DNA of 64,000 nt from Parcubacteria group bacterium Gr01-1014_31 (GCA_007376135.1 VMFR01000006.1:3273-67272), one strand, 5' to 3'. Shown: positions 44,121-54,459, counted from the first letter of the stretch. A program made the numbers and translations. The notes: generated from the letters alone by a model not told the origin.

Positions 44121-44668
44121 CGCGGTGGGCAGGTGTGAACACAGCGCTCCCTGTCCCGCCGTATGGCGGGATAACTTCACCCCACACCTTTCGGGTTTTA
44201 TTGTAAACCGTCAACCATCCGACGTTGCAACTGCGTTCACACCATCGTACATCGTTCCCTCAAATCCGAAAGGTGTGGGGCAAGCTGAGCTATGCATCCA
44301 AGGTATCAACGCTTCAAAACAGCGGCCGGTCGGGTCGACAAAGATGAAAAAATCGCGTAACCAGCGCAATCTTTCCCCAAGTGTACCATAAAGCGGGCCG
44401 CAAATCAACACGGCGGTATCCATCGCTCGTACCTTGACGCGGAAACGTTTTCTTGTCATGATGAGCGTTCACTGCAACCCTGCTTGGCTCTTGCTGGCAT
44501 CTCCCCTCCTCTTTATAATGGGAACGAGTCCCGCGCCGGGAACCAACGCAGGAACGCGCGCGGTACTCATCGGTTTCCTTTCGGACCAGCGGCGGGGCTG
44601 CCTCGGTGCCTGAATGCTCCCGGCACGGCCCGAGCGGCAACGGCGCGGTCCAATTTTTTTACTGCTCA

Positions 44669-46153
44669 ATGGACCCTTTTGAAGAACAACTGAAGCCATC
44701 ACTCCCGCCCCCGGAGGCGACACCGAAGCCGCCCCGCAAACGGCGCTGGCTTGCCCGCACGCTCAAGATCGTATTAGTGATCGCGGTGCTCGCGGCCGCG
44801 CTGTTCAGCTACGAGATCATTTCTTCGGGTTCGAGCCCGACGGAGGTGCTGGTGCAGATCGGCCGCCTCATCACCAGCCGCGACCGCGAGCTGCAGGGCG
44901 AAGACGACGGGCGCATCAACATCCTGCTGCTGGGCATCGGCGGCTCCGGCCACGAAGGGCCGCTGCTGACCGACTCGATGCTGCTCATCAGCTTCCGGCC
45001 GGGAACCAACCAGGTCGCCCTCATCTCCGTGCCCCGCGACCTGCTCGCGCCCATCCCCGGCTACGGGCAACGGCGCATCAACAACGCTTACGCGCTGCCG
45101 GAGCTCAACCGCACGGGCGCCGGAGGCCCGACGGTGCGCGCCGTGGTCGCCGACATCTTTGGCATCCCCATCCACTACTCCCTGCTGCTGGATTTCGCCG
45201 GCTTCACGGAACTCGTGGATTCGCTGGGCGGCGTGACGGTGGACGTGGAGCAGACGCTGGACGATGAATACTACCCCGTCCCCGGCAAGGAGATGGCGAG
45301 CGACGCGGAACGGTACGAGCACCTCTACATCCCCGCCGGTCGCCAGCATCTGGACGGGATGACGACACTCAAGTATGTGCGCTCGCGCAAAGCCAAAGGC
45401 GCGCAAGGTTCGGACTTCGCGCGCAGCCACCGCCAGCAGCAGGTCATCTCGGCCATCCGCGACCAGGCCACCGCGTGGGGCGTGCTGCGCCCGGGCCGTC
45501 TGGGGGAACTGCTGCGCATCCTCAACGCCCACATGGACACCAATCTTGAAGCGTGGGAAATGCTGCGGCTGTATCAACTGGCGCGCAAAGTCAACCCCGA
45601 CGAGGCCGTCAAACACGTGCTGGACGACCGGCCGGACGGCGTGCTGATGGCGACCTTCGTGGAGGGCGCGTACGTCCTGGTGCCGCGGACGGGTGATTTT
45701 TCCCAGCTGCGGTCAATCGCGCTGGACCCCTTCCAGCCGCTCCCCGTCACCCAGGCGCTGCAGGCAACTGCTGCCACCGCGTCTTCCACCGCGCCCGCGG
45801 CGTCAAAGCTGCCGCCGGTATCCAGCGCCCCTCGCGTGCAGATCCATAATGGCACCACGATCGCGGGCTTGGCCGCGCGCACCGAGAGCTATCTACGCGG
45901 CAAGGGCTACCAGGTGGTATCGGTCGGGAACGCCCCGGTGCAAACCTATCTGAAAACGGTCGTCTACGACCTGCGGCCGCCCGCCGGCGCCAAAGCCCTG
46001 CGCGCGCTGGGCGAGCTGCTCTCCGGCATCACCTTTGACTCCGGCCCGCCGCCATTGCCGCACAACAACAAACCATACCCGGTGCATCCGCAGGCCGACC
46101 TTCTTATCATTCTGGGACAGAACCTGGATAACCTCCTGCCCGCCGAAGAGTAA
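44669..46153 (+). CDS. LytR-CpsA-Psr (LCP) family cell-wall polymer transferase
   Basis: TM anchor, then the LCP domain (INILLLGIGGSGHEGPLLTDSMLLISFRPGTNQVALISVPRDL...RINNAYA...). Followed by a roughly 150-aa C-terminal extension. The start is set at MDPFEEQ (alternative 44606). Confidence 0.8.
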   Translation: MDPFEEQLKPSLPPPEATPKPPRKRRWLARTLKIVLVIAVLAAALFSYEIISSGSSPTEVLVQIGRLITSRDRELQGEDDGRINILLLGIGGSGHEGPLLTDSMLLISFRPGTNQVALISVPRDLLAPIPGYGQRRINNAYALPELNRTGAGGPTVRAVVADIFGIPIHYSLLLDFAGFTELVDSLGGVTVDVEQTLDDEYYPVPGKEMASDAERYEHLYIPAGRQHLDGMTTLKYVRSRKAKGAQGSDFARSHRQQQVISAIRDQATAWGVLRPGRLGELLRILNAHMDTNLEAWEMLRLYQLARKVNPDEAVKHVLDDRPDGVLMATFVEGAYVLVPRTGDFSQLRSIALDPFQPLPVTQALQATAATASSTAPAASKLPPVSSAPRVQIHNGTTIAGLAARTESYLRGKGYQVVSVGNAPVQTYLKTVVYDLRPPAGAKALRALGELLSGITFDSGPPPLPHNNKPYPVHPQADLLIILGQNLDNLLPAEE

Positions 46154-46164
46154 AGTATTTTGCT

Positions 46165-47598
46165 ATGGCATCCCTCCCCACCATTGCGCTCATCGGCCGC
46201 ACCAACGTCGGCAAATCGCGGCTGTTCAACCGGCTGACCGAGAGCGTGCAGGCGATCGTTTCGCCTCAGGCCGGCACCACGCGCGACCGCACCTACGGCA
46301 CGTGCCTGTGGCGCGGGCGCAGTTTCCGGCTGGTCGACACCGGCGGCGCGGACGTGGCGACCGTGCGCGACAGCATCCGGCTCCTGGAGGATCCGAAACC
46401 CGAGAGCACCGCCGACCCGCTGGGAGCGGCGATCGTGCGCCAAACGCAGGCCGCCATCAGCGAAGCCGAGGTGTTGCTGCTGGTCGTGGACGGCCGCGCC
46501 GGCGTTCAGGCGGGCGACCGCCAGCTGGCGCGCGTCGTGCAGCGCCTGGCGCACGGCACCGAAACTCTGCCCGCCAAAACGGTAGTACTGGTATGCAATA
46601 AGATCGACAACAACCGCGATGAATCAAAGGTATCGGAATTCCTGGCGCTCGGCCTGGGCGATGCGCTCCCGGTGTCGGGAAAGAGCGGCCGCGGCACGGG
46701 CGAATTGCTGGACGTCATCGCCGCCGCGCTGCCGGTGCGCACGCCCGACCCCGAGACCCCGGCCATCCGCCTGGGGCTGCTCGGACGCCCCAACGTCGGC
46801 AAATCGTCACTGGCCAACCGCTTGCTGGGCACGGAGCGCTCGGTGGTGTCGCCCGAGCCGCTGACCACCCGCGAGGCCCTGGAAACGCCGTTCACCTATC
46901 AAGGCCACAACCTGGTGCTGGTGGATACGGCGGGCGTCAAACCATGGAAAAGGACCGACCAGGGCGTGGCCACGGTCGCCCAGCAGCAGAGCCTGGCGGC
47001 GCTGAAAACGGTGGACGTCGTCCTGCTGGTGGTCGAAGCCCAGCAGCCCATCTCCCACCAGGACCAGGCGCTGGCATCGCTGATCGACGAAAGCAAGACC
47101 GGCAGCGCCATCATCGTGAACAAATGGGACCTGGTGGCCGCCGCCGGGAGCGCGCCGATAAAAAACGTCGCGGCGCACTATCACGCGCACCTCCCCGCGA
47201 TGGCCTGGGCGCCGGTGCAGACGGTATCGGCGGCAACTGGCCAAAATACGTCAAACATCCTAGACTTAACCCTGAGCATTTGGCAGCGACGCCAACTGCG
47301 GGTGGATGAAGCCGCGCTGCAGGAACTGCTAGCGTACGCGGCGCGCCGTCAACGCCCCCGCGGGACCGGCAAGGGCAAGGCCGGACAGCCCGGCGCGGAG
47401 CGGCCGCGGCTCGTCAAGCTGGAGCAAACCGGCGTCAATCCGCCGACCTTCACGCTCTGGATGAAGCCGCGCCAATCGCTCCACTTCACCTACCAGCGCT
47501 TCGTCGAACGCCTGCTGGTCGAAAAATTCGATCTGGGGGGAACGAACTGTAAACTCTATGTTCAACAACTCCGTGCGGCTGATCGTCGGGCTGGGTAA
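46165..47598 (+). CDS. der: ribosome-associated GTPase Der (EngA)
   Basis: Two tandem GTPase domains (GRTNVGKSRLFNRL ... DTGG; GRPNVGKSSLANRL ... DTAG ... NKWD) plus a KH-like C-terminus. Confidence 0.9.
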   Translation: MASLPTIALIGRTNVGKSRLFNRLTESVQAIVSPQAGTTRDRTYGTCLWRGRSFRLVDTGGADVATVRDSIRLLEDPKPESTADPLGAAIVRQTQAAISEAEVLLLVVDGRAGVQAGDRQLARVVQRLAHGTETLPAKTVVLVCNKIDNNRDESKVSEFLALGLGDALPVSGKSGRGTGELLDVIAAALPVRTPDPETPAIRLGLLGRPNVGKSSLANRLLGTERSVVSPEPLTTREALETPFTYQGHNLVLVDTAGVKPWKRTDQGVATVAQQQSLAALKTVDVVLLVVEAQQPISHQDQALASLIDESKTGSAIIVNKWDLVAAAGSAPIKNVAAHYHAHLPAMAWAPVQTVSAATGQNTSNILDLTLSIWQRRQLRVDEAALQELLAYAARRQRPRGTGKGKAGQPGAERPRLVKLEQTGVNPPTFTLWMKPRQSLHFTYQRFVERLLVEKFDLGGTNCKLYVQQLRAADRRAG

Positions 47599-48145
47599 CC
47601 CCGGCGAACAGTACGAACGCACCTGGCACAACATCGGTTTCCTGGTGGTGGACGCGCTGCGGGAAGCCGAATACTTCCGCTACGCCGAATGGGCCCCGGA
47701 CGGCAAGGCCAACGCGCTGGTTGCCACCTCGCTCCTGCCTGGGTCGCGGCTGCTGCTCGCCAAACCCCAGACGATGATGAATAACTCGGGGGAAGCGGTC
47801 AACGAACTGATGCGCTTCTACCACCTCCGGCCCGAAGACCTGTGGCTCATCCACGATGAGCTGGACCTGCCGCTGGGAAAACTGCGCATCAGCCGCAATG
47901 CCACCGCGGCAGGCCATCGCGGGGTGCAGTCGGTGTTCGACCAGATCGGCAGCAGCACCGTCACCCGTTTCCGGATCGGCGTCGGTACTGCCGAACGCGG
48001 AGAACTGCCGGCCGAGGACTACGTACTGCGGCCATTCCCCGAAACGGCGGCAGCGCTCGTGCAAGAGACCATTGAACGCACGGTGCAGGCCATCACGTTG
48101 GCGCAACTGGCCGGCGTGCCGGAAGCGATGAACCAGTACAACTAG
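47558..48145 (+). CDS. pth: peptidyl-tRNA hydrolase
   Basis: LIVGLGNPGEQYERTWHNIGF..., catalytic region ...HDELDLPLGKLRI...GHRG. Overlaps the der 3' end by about 40 nt. Confidence 0.85.
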   Translation: MFNNSVRLIVGLGNPGEQYERTWHNIGFLVVDALREAEYFRYAEWAPDGKANALVATSLLPGSRLLLAKPQTMMNNSGEAVNELMRFYHLRPEDLWLIHDELDLPLGKLRISRNATAAGHRGVQSVFDQIGSSTVTRFRIGVGTAERGELPAEDYVLRPFPETAAALVQETIERTVQAITLAQLAGVPEAMNQYN

Positions 48146-48149
48146 CCAA

Positions 48150-48186
48150 CACAAAACCCCTCCACACTTGCGGAGGGGTTTTTGGT
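48150..48186 (+). terminator. intrinsic terminator after pth
   Basis: acaaaaCCCCTCCacacttgcGGAGGGGttttt. Confidence 0.7.
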
Positions 48187-48372
48187 CTCTCGGGCGGTTT
48201 ATCGGCGCTAGCCTGCTTGCCTGCGGGAAGCGCGCAGCCGAGTTAGGAGGGGTACTCAACGCGCGCCCCAAGGCAAGCAGAATATCGCCGACATTTACCG
48301 TCCCCGGCGCCACGTATTCCCCGGGGGCATTTCACCGTAGCATACGCGGCACCCATCGTCAACGGTCCCCCC

Positions 48373-49476
48373 ATGCCCGATACCCCTCTCCCCGTACCGC
48401 CGAACGACCGTCCCTACTGGGCTGCCTGGGCGGCGCTCAACCTCCAGCCAACGGAAACGGTCGCCATCCTGCGCGCCTTCCCCAGCCTGCAGACGGCTTG
48501 GATGGCGGGAGTAAATGCGCTGCACCAAGCCGGAATACCGGCGGCCACGGCGGAACGGATCGCGCGGACCCGGCCGGAAATCACGCCCCAGTCGTTCCTC
48601 CCTTCACTGGCAGCGGCCGGTATTGCCATGCATCTCATGCCGGACCCCGACTACCCCGCGCGCCTGCGGCACATCCCCGACCCGCCCATCGCGTTATTCT
48701 GCCGCGGCCACATGCGCTCCCAAGAGCTGGCGGTTGCGATTGTCGGCACGCGTCGCGCCAGCGACTACGGACGCCAGATGGCCGGCCAGCTCGCCGCCGA
48801 CCTGGCCGCAGCCGGGGTTACGGTGGTTTCGGGACTGGCGCTCGGCATCGACACCTGCGCGCATACGGGAGCTACCCGCGCCCGCGGCCGCACCGTCGCG
48901 ATCTTGGGCGGCGGCATTGATCCGCCAACCCTCTACCCGCCGTCCAACGTCCGTCTCGCGGAACGCATCATTGCGGAAGGCGGCGCGGTCGTTTCCGAAT
49001 ACCTGCCGGGTACGCCATCACTGCCCTACCGCTTCCCGCTGCGCAACCGCATCATCGCCGGCTGGGGACTGGCGACCGTGGTGGTGGAAGCGCCGATGAA
49101 ATCGGGCGCGATGATCACCGCCCGCCTCAGTCTGGAGTACGACCGTGAGGTATTCGCGGTCCCCGGGCGAGCGACCGACCCCAATGCCGAAGGTCCCAAC
49201 CACCTGATCGCCCGCGGAGCGGCGCTGGCGCGCACCGCCCGCGATATCGCCCAAAATCTCGGGCTTGCCTGGGAGGAATCCCCCGCCGCGGCCGTACCGG
49301 AAACGGACGAAAACGGCCATGCGGTCCTTGACGGACTGGATGAACCGAGAACTCTGCATGAGCTGCAACGACGGCTTGGACTGCCGCCCGCGACCATAGC
49401 GACAACGGTGACCCTCCTGGAGGTCGCAGGACACGTACAGCGCCTACCGAGCGGCAAATATTTCCGCGTCCGGTGA
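48373..49476 (+). CDS. dprA: DNA processing protein DprA (Smf)
   Basis: Rossmann-like DprA core (...AIVGTRRASDYGRQMAGQLAADLAAAGVTVVSGLALGIDTCAH..., GGGID, ...FPLRNRIIAG..., AMITARLSLEYDREVFAVPG) plus a C-terminal winged-helix domain. Confidence 0.85.
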   Translation: MPDTPLPVPPNDRPYWAAWAALNLQPTETVAILRAFPSLQTAWMAGVNALHQAGIPAATAERIARTRPEITPQSFLPSLAAAGIAMHLMPDPDYPARLRHIPDPPIALFCRGHMRSQELAVAIVGTRRASDYGRQMAGQLAADLAAAGVTVVSGLALGIDTCAHTGATRARGRTVAILGGGIDPPTLYPPSNVRLAERIIAEGGAVVSEYLPGTPSLPYRFPLRNRIIAGWGLATVVVEAPMKSGAMITARLSLEYDREVFAVPGRATDPNAEGPNHLIARGAALARTARDIAQNLGLAWEESPAAAVPETDENGHAVLDGLDEPRTLHELQRRLGLPPATIATTVTLLEVAGHVQRLPSGKYFRVR

Positions 49477-49485
49477 GACCGGGAT

Positions 49486-49514
49486 TTGACAAACGCCCAC
49501 GCTCTCCCTTATCG
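49486..49514 (+). promoter_or_regulatory. candidate promoter for topA (TTGACA, 17 nt spacer, TTATCG)
   Basis: Perfect -35 but a weak -10. A GGAGGG SD lies before the topA ATG. Confidence 0.3.
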
Positions 49515-49565
49515 TTACCAACAATCGTAAGAATTTGGCGCCGCCAAAGTTAACGGAGGGACCAA

Positions 49566-51797
49566 ATGCCGAAAGCCAAAGCCAAAAAATCCCGCGGACA
49601 CCTCGTCATCGTCGAGAGCCCGACCAAAGCCAGAACCATCAGCAGGTTTTTGGGGTCGGGTTTTCAGGTTGAGTCGTCGTACGGGCACGTGCGCGACCTG
49701 CCGAAGAGCAAACTCGGCGTGGACGTGGAGAAAAATTTCTCCCCGACGTACGTCGTGCCGCTCAAGGCCAAGGCCCGCGTAACAGAACTGAAAAAACTGG
49801 CGGCCAAGGCCGATACCATCTATTTTGCAACTGATGAAGACCGGGAAGGCGAAGCCATCTCGTGGCACCTGGCGGAGCTGCTCGCGCCCAAGCCCGACCG
49901 CATCAAGCGCATCGTCTTTCACGAGATCACCGACAGCGCCATCCACGAAGCGCTGGAGCATCCCCGCAGCATCGACCAACGGCTGGTGGACGCCCAGCAG
50001 GCGCGCCGCGTGCTGGACCGGCTCGTCGGGTATAAACTGTCCCCGCTGCTCTGGGCCAAGGTCGCGCGCGGACTATCGGCTGGACGCGTCCAGTCGGTCG
50101 CCGTCAGGCTCATCGTGGAACGCGAACGGGAAATTTCCGCCTTCAAGCCCCAGGAGTACTGGACCGTTGACGCCACGTTCACGAGCGGCCAGGACGAGAT
50201 CGCGGCGGTGCTGGCCAAGCTGGACGGTAAGGCCGTCGGCAAATTCGGCATCGGCAACCAGGCGGCGGCCGACGGGGTGCTGGCCCGCCTGTCGGAAAAA
50301 ACCTGGGCGGTGACGGCCGTGGACCGTAAACAGACCACGCGCCGCCCGCAACCGCCCTTCACCACCAGCACCCTGCAGCAGGCGGCCAACAAGCGCCTCG
50401 GGTTTTCGGCCAGCCAGACCATGGTGCTCGCGCAGCAGCTCTACGAAGGCATCGAGGTGGGCAAGGGCCAATCGGTCGGTTTGATCACCTACATGCGTAC
50501 GGACTCGGTCAACCTGGCCGGTCTTTTCTTGCAGCAGGCCAGCGGATTCATCCGCGAAACCTACGGCGAACGCTACGCTGCCGGCGGGCCGCGCACCTAC
50601 CAGACCAAGGCCAAAGGGGCGCAGGAGGCTCACGAAGCCATCCGTCCGACCGACGTGACACGCCGCCCCGAGACGGTCAAAGCACACCTGACCCCGACGC
50701 AGTTCCGGCTCTACCAGCTCATCTGGCAACGCGCCGTTTCCTCGCAGATGGCCGACGCCGAACTGCAAGCGACCGCCCTGGACATTGCCAACCCGGCGGG
50801 CACGGCGACGTTCCGCGCCACCGGGTCGGTGGTCGCCTTTGATGGCTGGCTCAAGGTTTACCCGACCGGTCTGCAGGAAACCGTCCTGCCGCAGCTGGCG
50901 CAAGGGACCGCCGTCGCGCTCAAAGCGGTTCAGCCCAACCAGCACTTCACCGAACCACCGGCGCGCTACTCGGAAGCGTCACTCGTCAAAACGCTAGAAG
51001 AATTAGGCATCGGGCGCCCGTCCACCTACGCCCCCACCATCGCCACGGTCATCAACCGCGGCTACGTGGAAAAAGTGGAAAAACGGCTGAAGCCGACCGA
51101 CATCGGCGAACTGGTCTCCGACCTGCTGGTCAAGCATTTCCCCAATATCGTGGACTACCAGTTCACGGCCACCGTGGAAGACGACCTGGACGCCATTGCC
51201 GAGGGCAAACACGCCTGGCAGCAGACCATCAAGGAATTCTACGGACCGTTCGCCAAACTGCTGGAAGAAAAAACCCAGGAGCTGTCCAAAAAAGAACTCA
51301 CGGAAACCGCGTCCGGCGCGGTTTGCATGAAGTGCGGCAAGCCGATGGTCATCAAGATCGGCCGCTTCGGCCGCTTTCTGGCCTGCAGCGGGTTCCCGGA
51401 GTGCACCAATAAGGCGCCCCTGGACAAGGAAGGCAAGGCCCAGCCGCTGCAGCTGCTGGACGAGAAGTGCCCCCAGTGCGGCAAGCCGCTGACAAATCGC
51501 GTGGGAAGATTTGGCCCATTCGTCGGCTGCTCGGGGTACCCGGACTGCAGGTACATCAAAAAAACGCCGTCCAAGGAATATGGCGCCTGCCCGAAGTGCG
51601 GCAAAGGCGCAATCGTCGCCAAACGGTCGCGGCGCGGAGTATTTTACGCCTGCAACGCGTATCCGGATTGCAAGAACGCCTACAACACCGAGCCGACCGG
51701 CGAGCATTGCACGACCTGCAAAGACCTGATGATCGCCGGCAAGGAAGCCCCCCGTTGCGGCAACAAGGAGTGCCCGACGCGCGCCAAAGCGGCGTAA
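49566..51797 (+). CDS. topA: DNA topoisomerase I
   Basis: TOPRIM (LVIVESPTKARTI), active-site region ...LITYMRTDS..., and four C-terminal Zn-ribbon C4 motifs (CMKCGKPM, CPQCGKPL, CPKCGKG, CTTC). Confidence 0.95.
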   Translation: MPKAKAKKSRGHLVIVESPTKARTISRFLGSGFQVESSYGHVRDLPKSKLGVDVEKNFSPTYVVPLKAKARVTELKKLAAKADTIYFATDEDREGEAISWHLAELLAPKPDRIKRIVFHEITDSAIHEALEHPRSIDQRLVDAQQARRVLDRLVGYKLSPLLWAKVARGLSAGRVQSVAVRLIVEREREISAFKPQEYWTVDATFTSGQDEIAAVLAKLDGKAVGKFGIGNQAAADGVLARLSEKTWAVTAVDRKQTTRRPQPPFTTSTLQQAANKRLGFSASQTMVLAQQLYEGIEVGKGQSVGLITYMRTDSVNLAGLFLQQASGFIRETYGERYAAGGPRTYQTKAKGAQEAHEAIRPTDVTRRPETVKAHLTPTQFRLYQLIWQRAVSSQMADAELQATALDIANPAGTATFRATGSVVAFDGWLKVYPTGLQETVLPQLAQGTAVALKAVQPNQHFTEPPARYSEASLVKTLEELGIGRPSTYAPTIATVINRGYVEKVEKRLKPTDIGELVSDLLVKHFPNIVDYQFTATVEDDLDAIAEGKHAWQQTIKEFYGPFAKLLEEKTQELSKKELTETASGAVCMKCGKPMVIKIGRFGRFLACSGFPECTNKAPLDKEGKAQPLQLLDEKCPQCGKPLTNRVGRFGPFVGCSGYPDCRYIKKTPSKEYGACPKCGKGAIVAKRSRRGVFYACNAYPDCKNAYNTEPTGEHCTTCKDLMIAGKEAPRCGNKECPTRAKAA

Positions 51798-51811
51798 TAT
51801 CGTGTCTGAAG

Positions 51812-51846
51812 ATACTAAAACCGGCCCAGACGGGCCGGTTTTTTGC
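51812..51846. terminator. bidirectional intrinsic terminator between convergent topA and the 51856 gene
   Basis: ctaaaaCCGGCCCagacGGGCCGGttttttg, with an A-run and a T-run on either side. The same hairpin recurs at 53864-53896. Confidence 0.7.
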
Positions 51847-51855
51847 CATCCACGA

Positions 51856-53802
51856 TCAGCGCTGGCACCGCGGGAAACTGGCGCACCGCAGGATATCTAG
51901 GGTCGGATCCGCTCCGCACGCCGCAAAGGGAAACGGGGGATCTTCCATTTCTCCGGTGAACAGGTACTTGAGCAGGTACCCAGGATCCGCGATATTCACG
52001 ATGCCGTCGTCATTGACATCCGCGGCATCCAGACAGCGCAGCGATGGGCCGCCCAAAAAAAGATGGTTCAAGATGAACATGGCATCACTGAGGTTATTAA
52101 CCCCATCGTCGTTCGTATCGCCGCGCATGAACAATCTCGGCGCGAGCCCGTCGGCGACGAACAGTATGGCAGCGGTCCTGCCCGCCAACGTGATAGGAGA
52201 GGATGACTCGGGCCCGAGCCCGACCCACCCATCGCGATTCACCGTGCGGTCGACAAAAGCCTGATACCTGATACCGGGATACTTGCGCGCGGGGTCGATG
52301 GTCACGGTCTCCGGCGTGGGGTTGACGATGACCAGTGCGCGCTCGAACTCCCGGGCGTACACCGCTTGCGTATCCGGCCAGATGAAATCACCGCCGAGGG
52401 CAAAACCAATGGGCTGGTCGAACCCCTCCCAATCATTCAGTTCCCCGACATTGTAGCGCAAATAGAACCGGTCCTCTTCCCGGCCAGCGGCCAATAGAAT
52501 GCTGGCGTACGTGAACAGCATCCGGTTATCGTTCGGCCATGGCGGCACGACGTATTCGCCCTTTTCATTTATGACGCCACCCGCCTCCCAATCCGCATTC
52601 AGCTTCTCACCCTCGCGGTACTGCTTCCCCATATACACCCACGCCAGACCCTTCTCCATGGCGGTTTTTACGTCTGCCAGCTGCCGCTGCCAGATCGTCA
52701 ACGGGGTGATCCCTCCCTTGGTGTGATAGTACGGCCCGTTGTGGGAGGCAAACCACGCTCCACTCTCCGATTGTACGGCCCCATACGTTGCCACGAGGTC
52801 CCACCCGTTGATCCCGCAGGCCTCCTCCTGAATGATCACATCACCGACATTCGGCGACATCACAATAGGCTTGCCGCTGATGGAACCGTCCGGGAAGGCT
52901 TGATCAACTCCGGCACGAACCGCCACTGCGATGTTCATGATCTCCTGGTACTGTTCGCAGGTCGTGTACGTGCTGCCGGTCCTGGGGTTCAGGGGATCCC
53001 AGCGGTGTTCCTTTTCCGCCGTACTGCCGTTCACGGCATCATACCGACGCACCTGCCAGTATCGAATTCCCGCATTATCCATCCAAAAACCGTCGGCGCC
53101 TTGCGCGATGGCCTGCTTGGCCCGATCGACAAAAAAACTCACAAACTCCTGGCTGCCCAGATCGTACACCCATTCGTTATAACTGGTTTCCGGTGCGGTC
53201 GGCACGGTGAACGGGGTGACCACCCGATGGAAAATATCTTTTACTCCCAACGGCATATGCAAATACCACTCCTCCTTGGTATCGCTTGAAGCAAAAATAT
53301 TAGCGGCGATATTCCGGGTATTCGCGTATTCCAGGATGTACACATTCGGATTCACGTTCCGAAGATACACATAAGCATCGGGCATCCATTCGCCGCTCCG
53401 CTGGATCCACGACGGTGAGATCATATCGTTGCGCAAGGCGATCGTCCTCAGCTCCGAGGTGATGCAATCCGGCAATGCTTCAAACGGCACTCCGCTCTGT
53501 CCGTTGCACATATCCTCCTGCCATCGTGAGTATTCTTTCGGCAGACCCCTATACAACAGCAGCGGCGACTGATGGTCGCCGGCCCGGATCGGCCTGCCGC
53601 CCAGGCCCAAAGGTTGCGCGGGCGACTCAAGGGCAATACCGACCCTGAGTGTTTTCGTGAGCGACCATCCGGCCGCGAGCGCCATCATCCCCCCGGCCAC
53701 AAAAAGCGCAACAGCGGAGACCGCAAGCATGACCGCCGCGGCAACGGCGGGGGCGTGCGATGTGCTCACCTTAGTGTTCGCGGAAGCGGAGGCAGTAACC
53801 AT
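51856..53802 (-). CDS. dockerin-tail family protein b: signal-anchor + putative glycoside-hydrolase-like TIM-barrel domain + C-terminal dockerin-like module
   Basis: N-terminus ...AVMLAVSAVALFVAGGMMALAAG. Central domain with ...FVDRAKQAIAQGADGFWMDNAGIRYW..., reminiscent of GH114/GHL-type polysaccharide hydrolases (low confidence). C-terminus GDTNDDGVNNLSDAMFILNHLFLGGPSLRCLDAADVNDDGIVNIADPGYLLKYLFTG...CGADPTLDILRC... Confidence 0.7.
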   Translation of the reverse strand: MVTASASANTKVSTSHAPAVAAAVMLAVSAVALFVAGGMMALAAGWSLTKTLRVGIALESPAQPLGLGGRPIRAGDHQSPLLLYRGLPKEYSRWQEDMCNGQSGVPFEALPDCITSELRTIALRNDMISPSWIQRSGEWMPDAYVYLRNVNPNVYILEYANTRNIAANIFASSDTKEEWYLHMPLGVKDIFHRVVTPFTVPTAPETSYNEWVYDLGSQEFVSFFVDRAKQAIAQGADGFWMDNAGIRYWQVRRYDAVNGSTAEKEHRWDPLNPRTGSTYTTCEQYQEIMNIAVAVRAGVDQAFPDGSISGKPIVMSPNVGDVIIQEEACGINGWDLVATYGAVQSESGAWFASHNGPYYHTKGGITPLTIWQRQLADVKTAMEKGLAWVYMGKQYREGEKLNADWEAGGVINEKGEYVVPPWPNDNRMLFTYASILLAAGREEDRFYLRYNVGELNDWEGFDQPIGFALGGDFIWPDTQAVYAREFERALVIVNPTPETVTIDPARKYPGIRYQAFVDRTVNRDGWVGLGPESSSPITLAGRTAAILFVADGLAPRLFMRGDTNDDGVNNLSDAMFILNHLFLGGPSLRCLDAADVNDDGIVNIADPGYLLKYLFTGEMEDPPFPFAACGADPTLDILRCASFPRCQR

Positions 53803-53863
53803 AGACCATACACTATCCTACTGACAGTATCCCACATCTTAACCCGCAAGAGAAACGAACCGG

Positions 53864-53896
53864 TTTAAAAAACCGGCCCAGATGGGCCGGTTTTGT
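53864..53896. terminator. bidirectional intrinsic terminator (second copy of CCGGCCCAGAnGGGCCGG)
   Basis: taaaaaaCCGGCCCagatGGGCCGGtttt. Confidence 0.65.
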
Positions 53897-53909
53897 GTAC
53901 GACATGAAC

Positions 53910-54407
53910 CTAGTAGGGCGAGGATGACGGCGACGGTGTTGGTGTGGGCGACGGAGCTGTGCACGGCGGCAGACTATCGGCCGTGGCATCGGTGCCAAGC
54001 ACCGTGGCCGGAGCAGCAGGGCCGGAACCGCTGCCGAACGCCCAGTTGATATAGGCAATCACATCGTTGACGTCGCGGACGCCATTGTCATTATAATCAG
54101 CGGCGTCGGCGCAACTCAGCGTGATGGATGGCGGGGCGGCGACCGGCCGCAGCTGCGACAACGCGCGACCCATCAGTTCGATCTCCTGCAGCGCCTCCTG
54201 CCGGTTGGTCGGGCTACCCAACACCCCGTCGCCGTCCACATCGCGACGGATGAACTTGGCTCCCGACGTGTTCGTGTTGGTGGTCGTCGTGTTGGTGTTG
54301 CTGGTATTCGTATTGGTGGCCGCCACGACCAGGGACGCGCCAACCGCCAGCACGAGCGTGGCGCTGGCCACCGTCAGACCGACGGCGATGAGCGAGCGTT
54401 GATGCAT
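53910..54407 (-). CDS. dockerin-tail family protein c: minimal member (signal peptide + Asn/Thr-rich linker + dockerin-like module + variant Cys tail)
   Basis: 165 aa. Signal peptide, TNTNTSNTNTTTTNTNTS, DVDGDGVLGSPTNRQEALQEIELM, SCADAADYNDNGVRDVNDVIAYINWAFG, tail GTDATADSLPPCTAP. Confidence 0.65.
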   Translation of the reverse strand: MHQRSLIAVGLTVASATLVLAVGASLVVAATNTNTSNTNTTTTNTNTSGAKFIRRDVDGDGVLGSPTNRQEALQEIELMGRALSQLRPVAAPPSITLSCADAADYNDNGVRDVNDVIAYINWAFGSGSGPAAPATVLGTDATADSLPPCTAPSPTPTPSPSSSPY

Positions 54408-54433
54408 AAAGTATGGGTTAATCGCTGAAAGTA

Positions 54434-54442
54434 ATTATACCA
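54434..54442 (-). promoter_or_regulatory. extended -10 promoter element TGGTATAAT upstream of the 53910 gene
   Basis: The minus strand reads ...ctttGGTATAATtactttcagcgattaacccatactttATG. This is a perfect TATAAT with a TGn extension about 26 nt before the ATG, and it sits just after the stop of the upstream paralog. Confidence 0.45.
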
Positions 54443-54459
54443 AAGGATGCCAGTCTACG

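Noticed and set aside
44121-44668. Possible tmRNA, SRP RNA or RNase P RNA next to tRNA-Val
   Set aside because: No GGAAGCAGCC-type SRP motif, no tmRNA 5' GGGG...TTCGAC or 3' tRNA-like end, and no RNase P AGGAAAGTCCGG block found on either strand. Left as an unclassified structured intergenic region.
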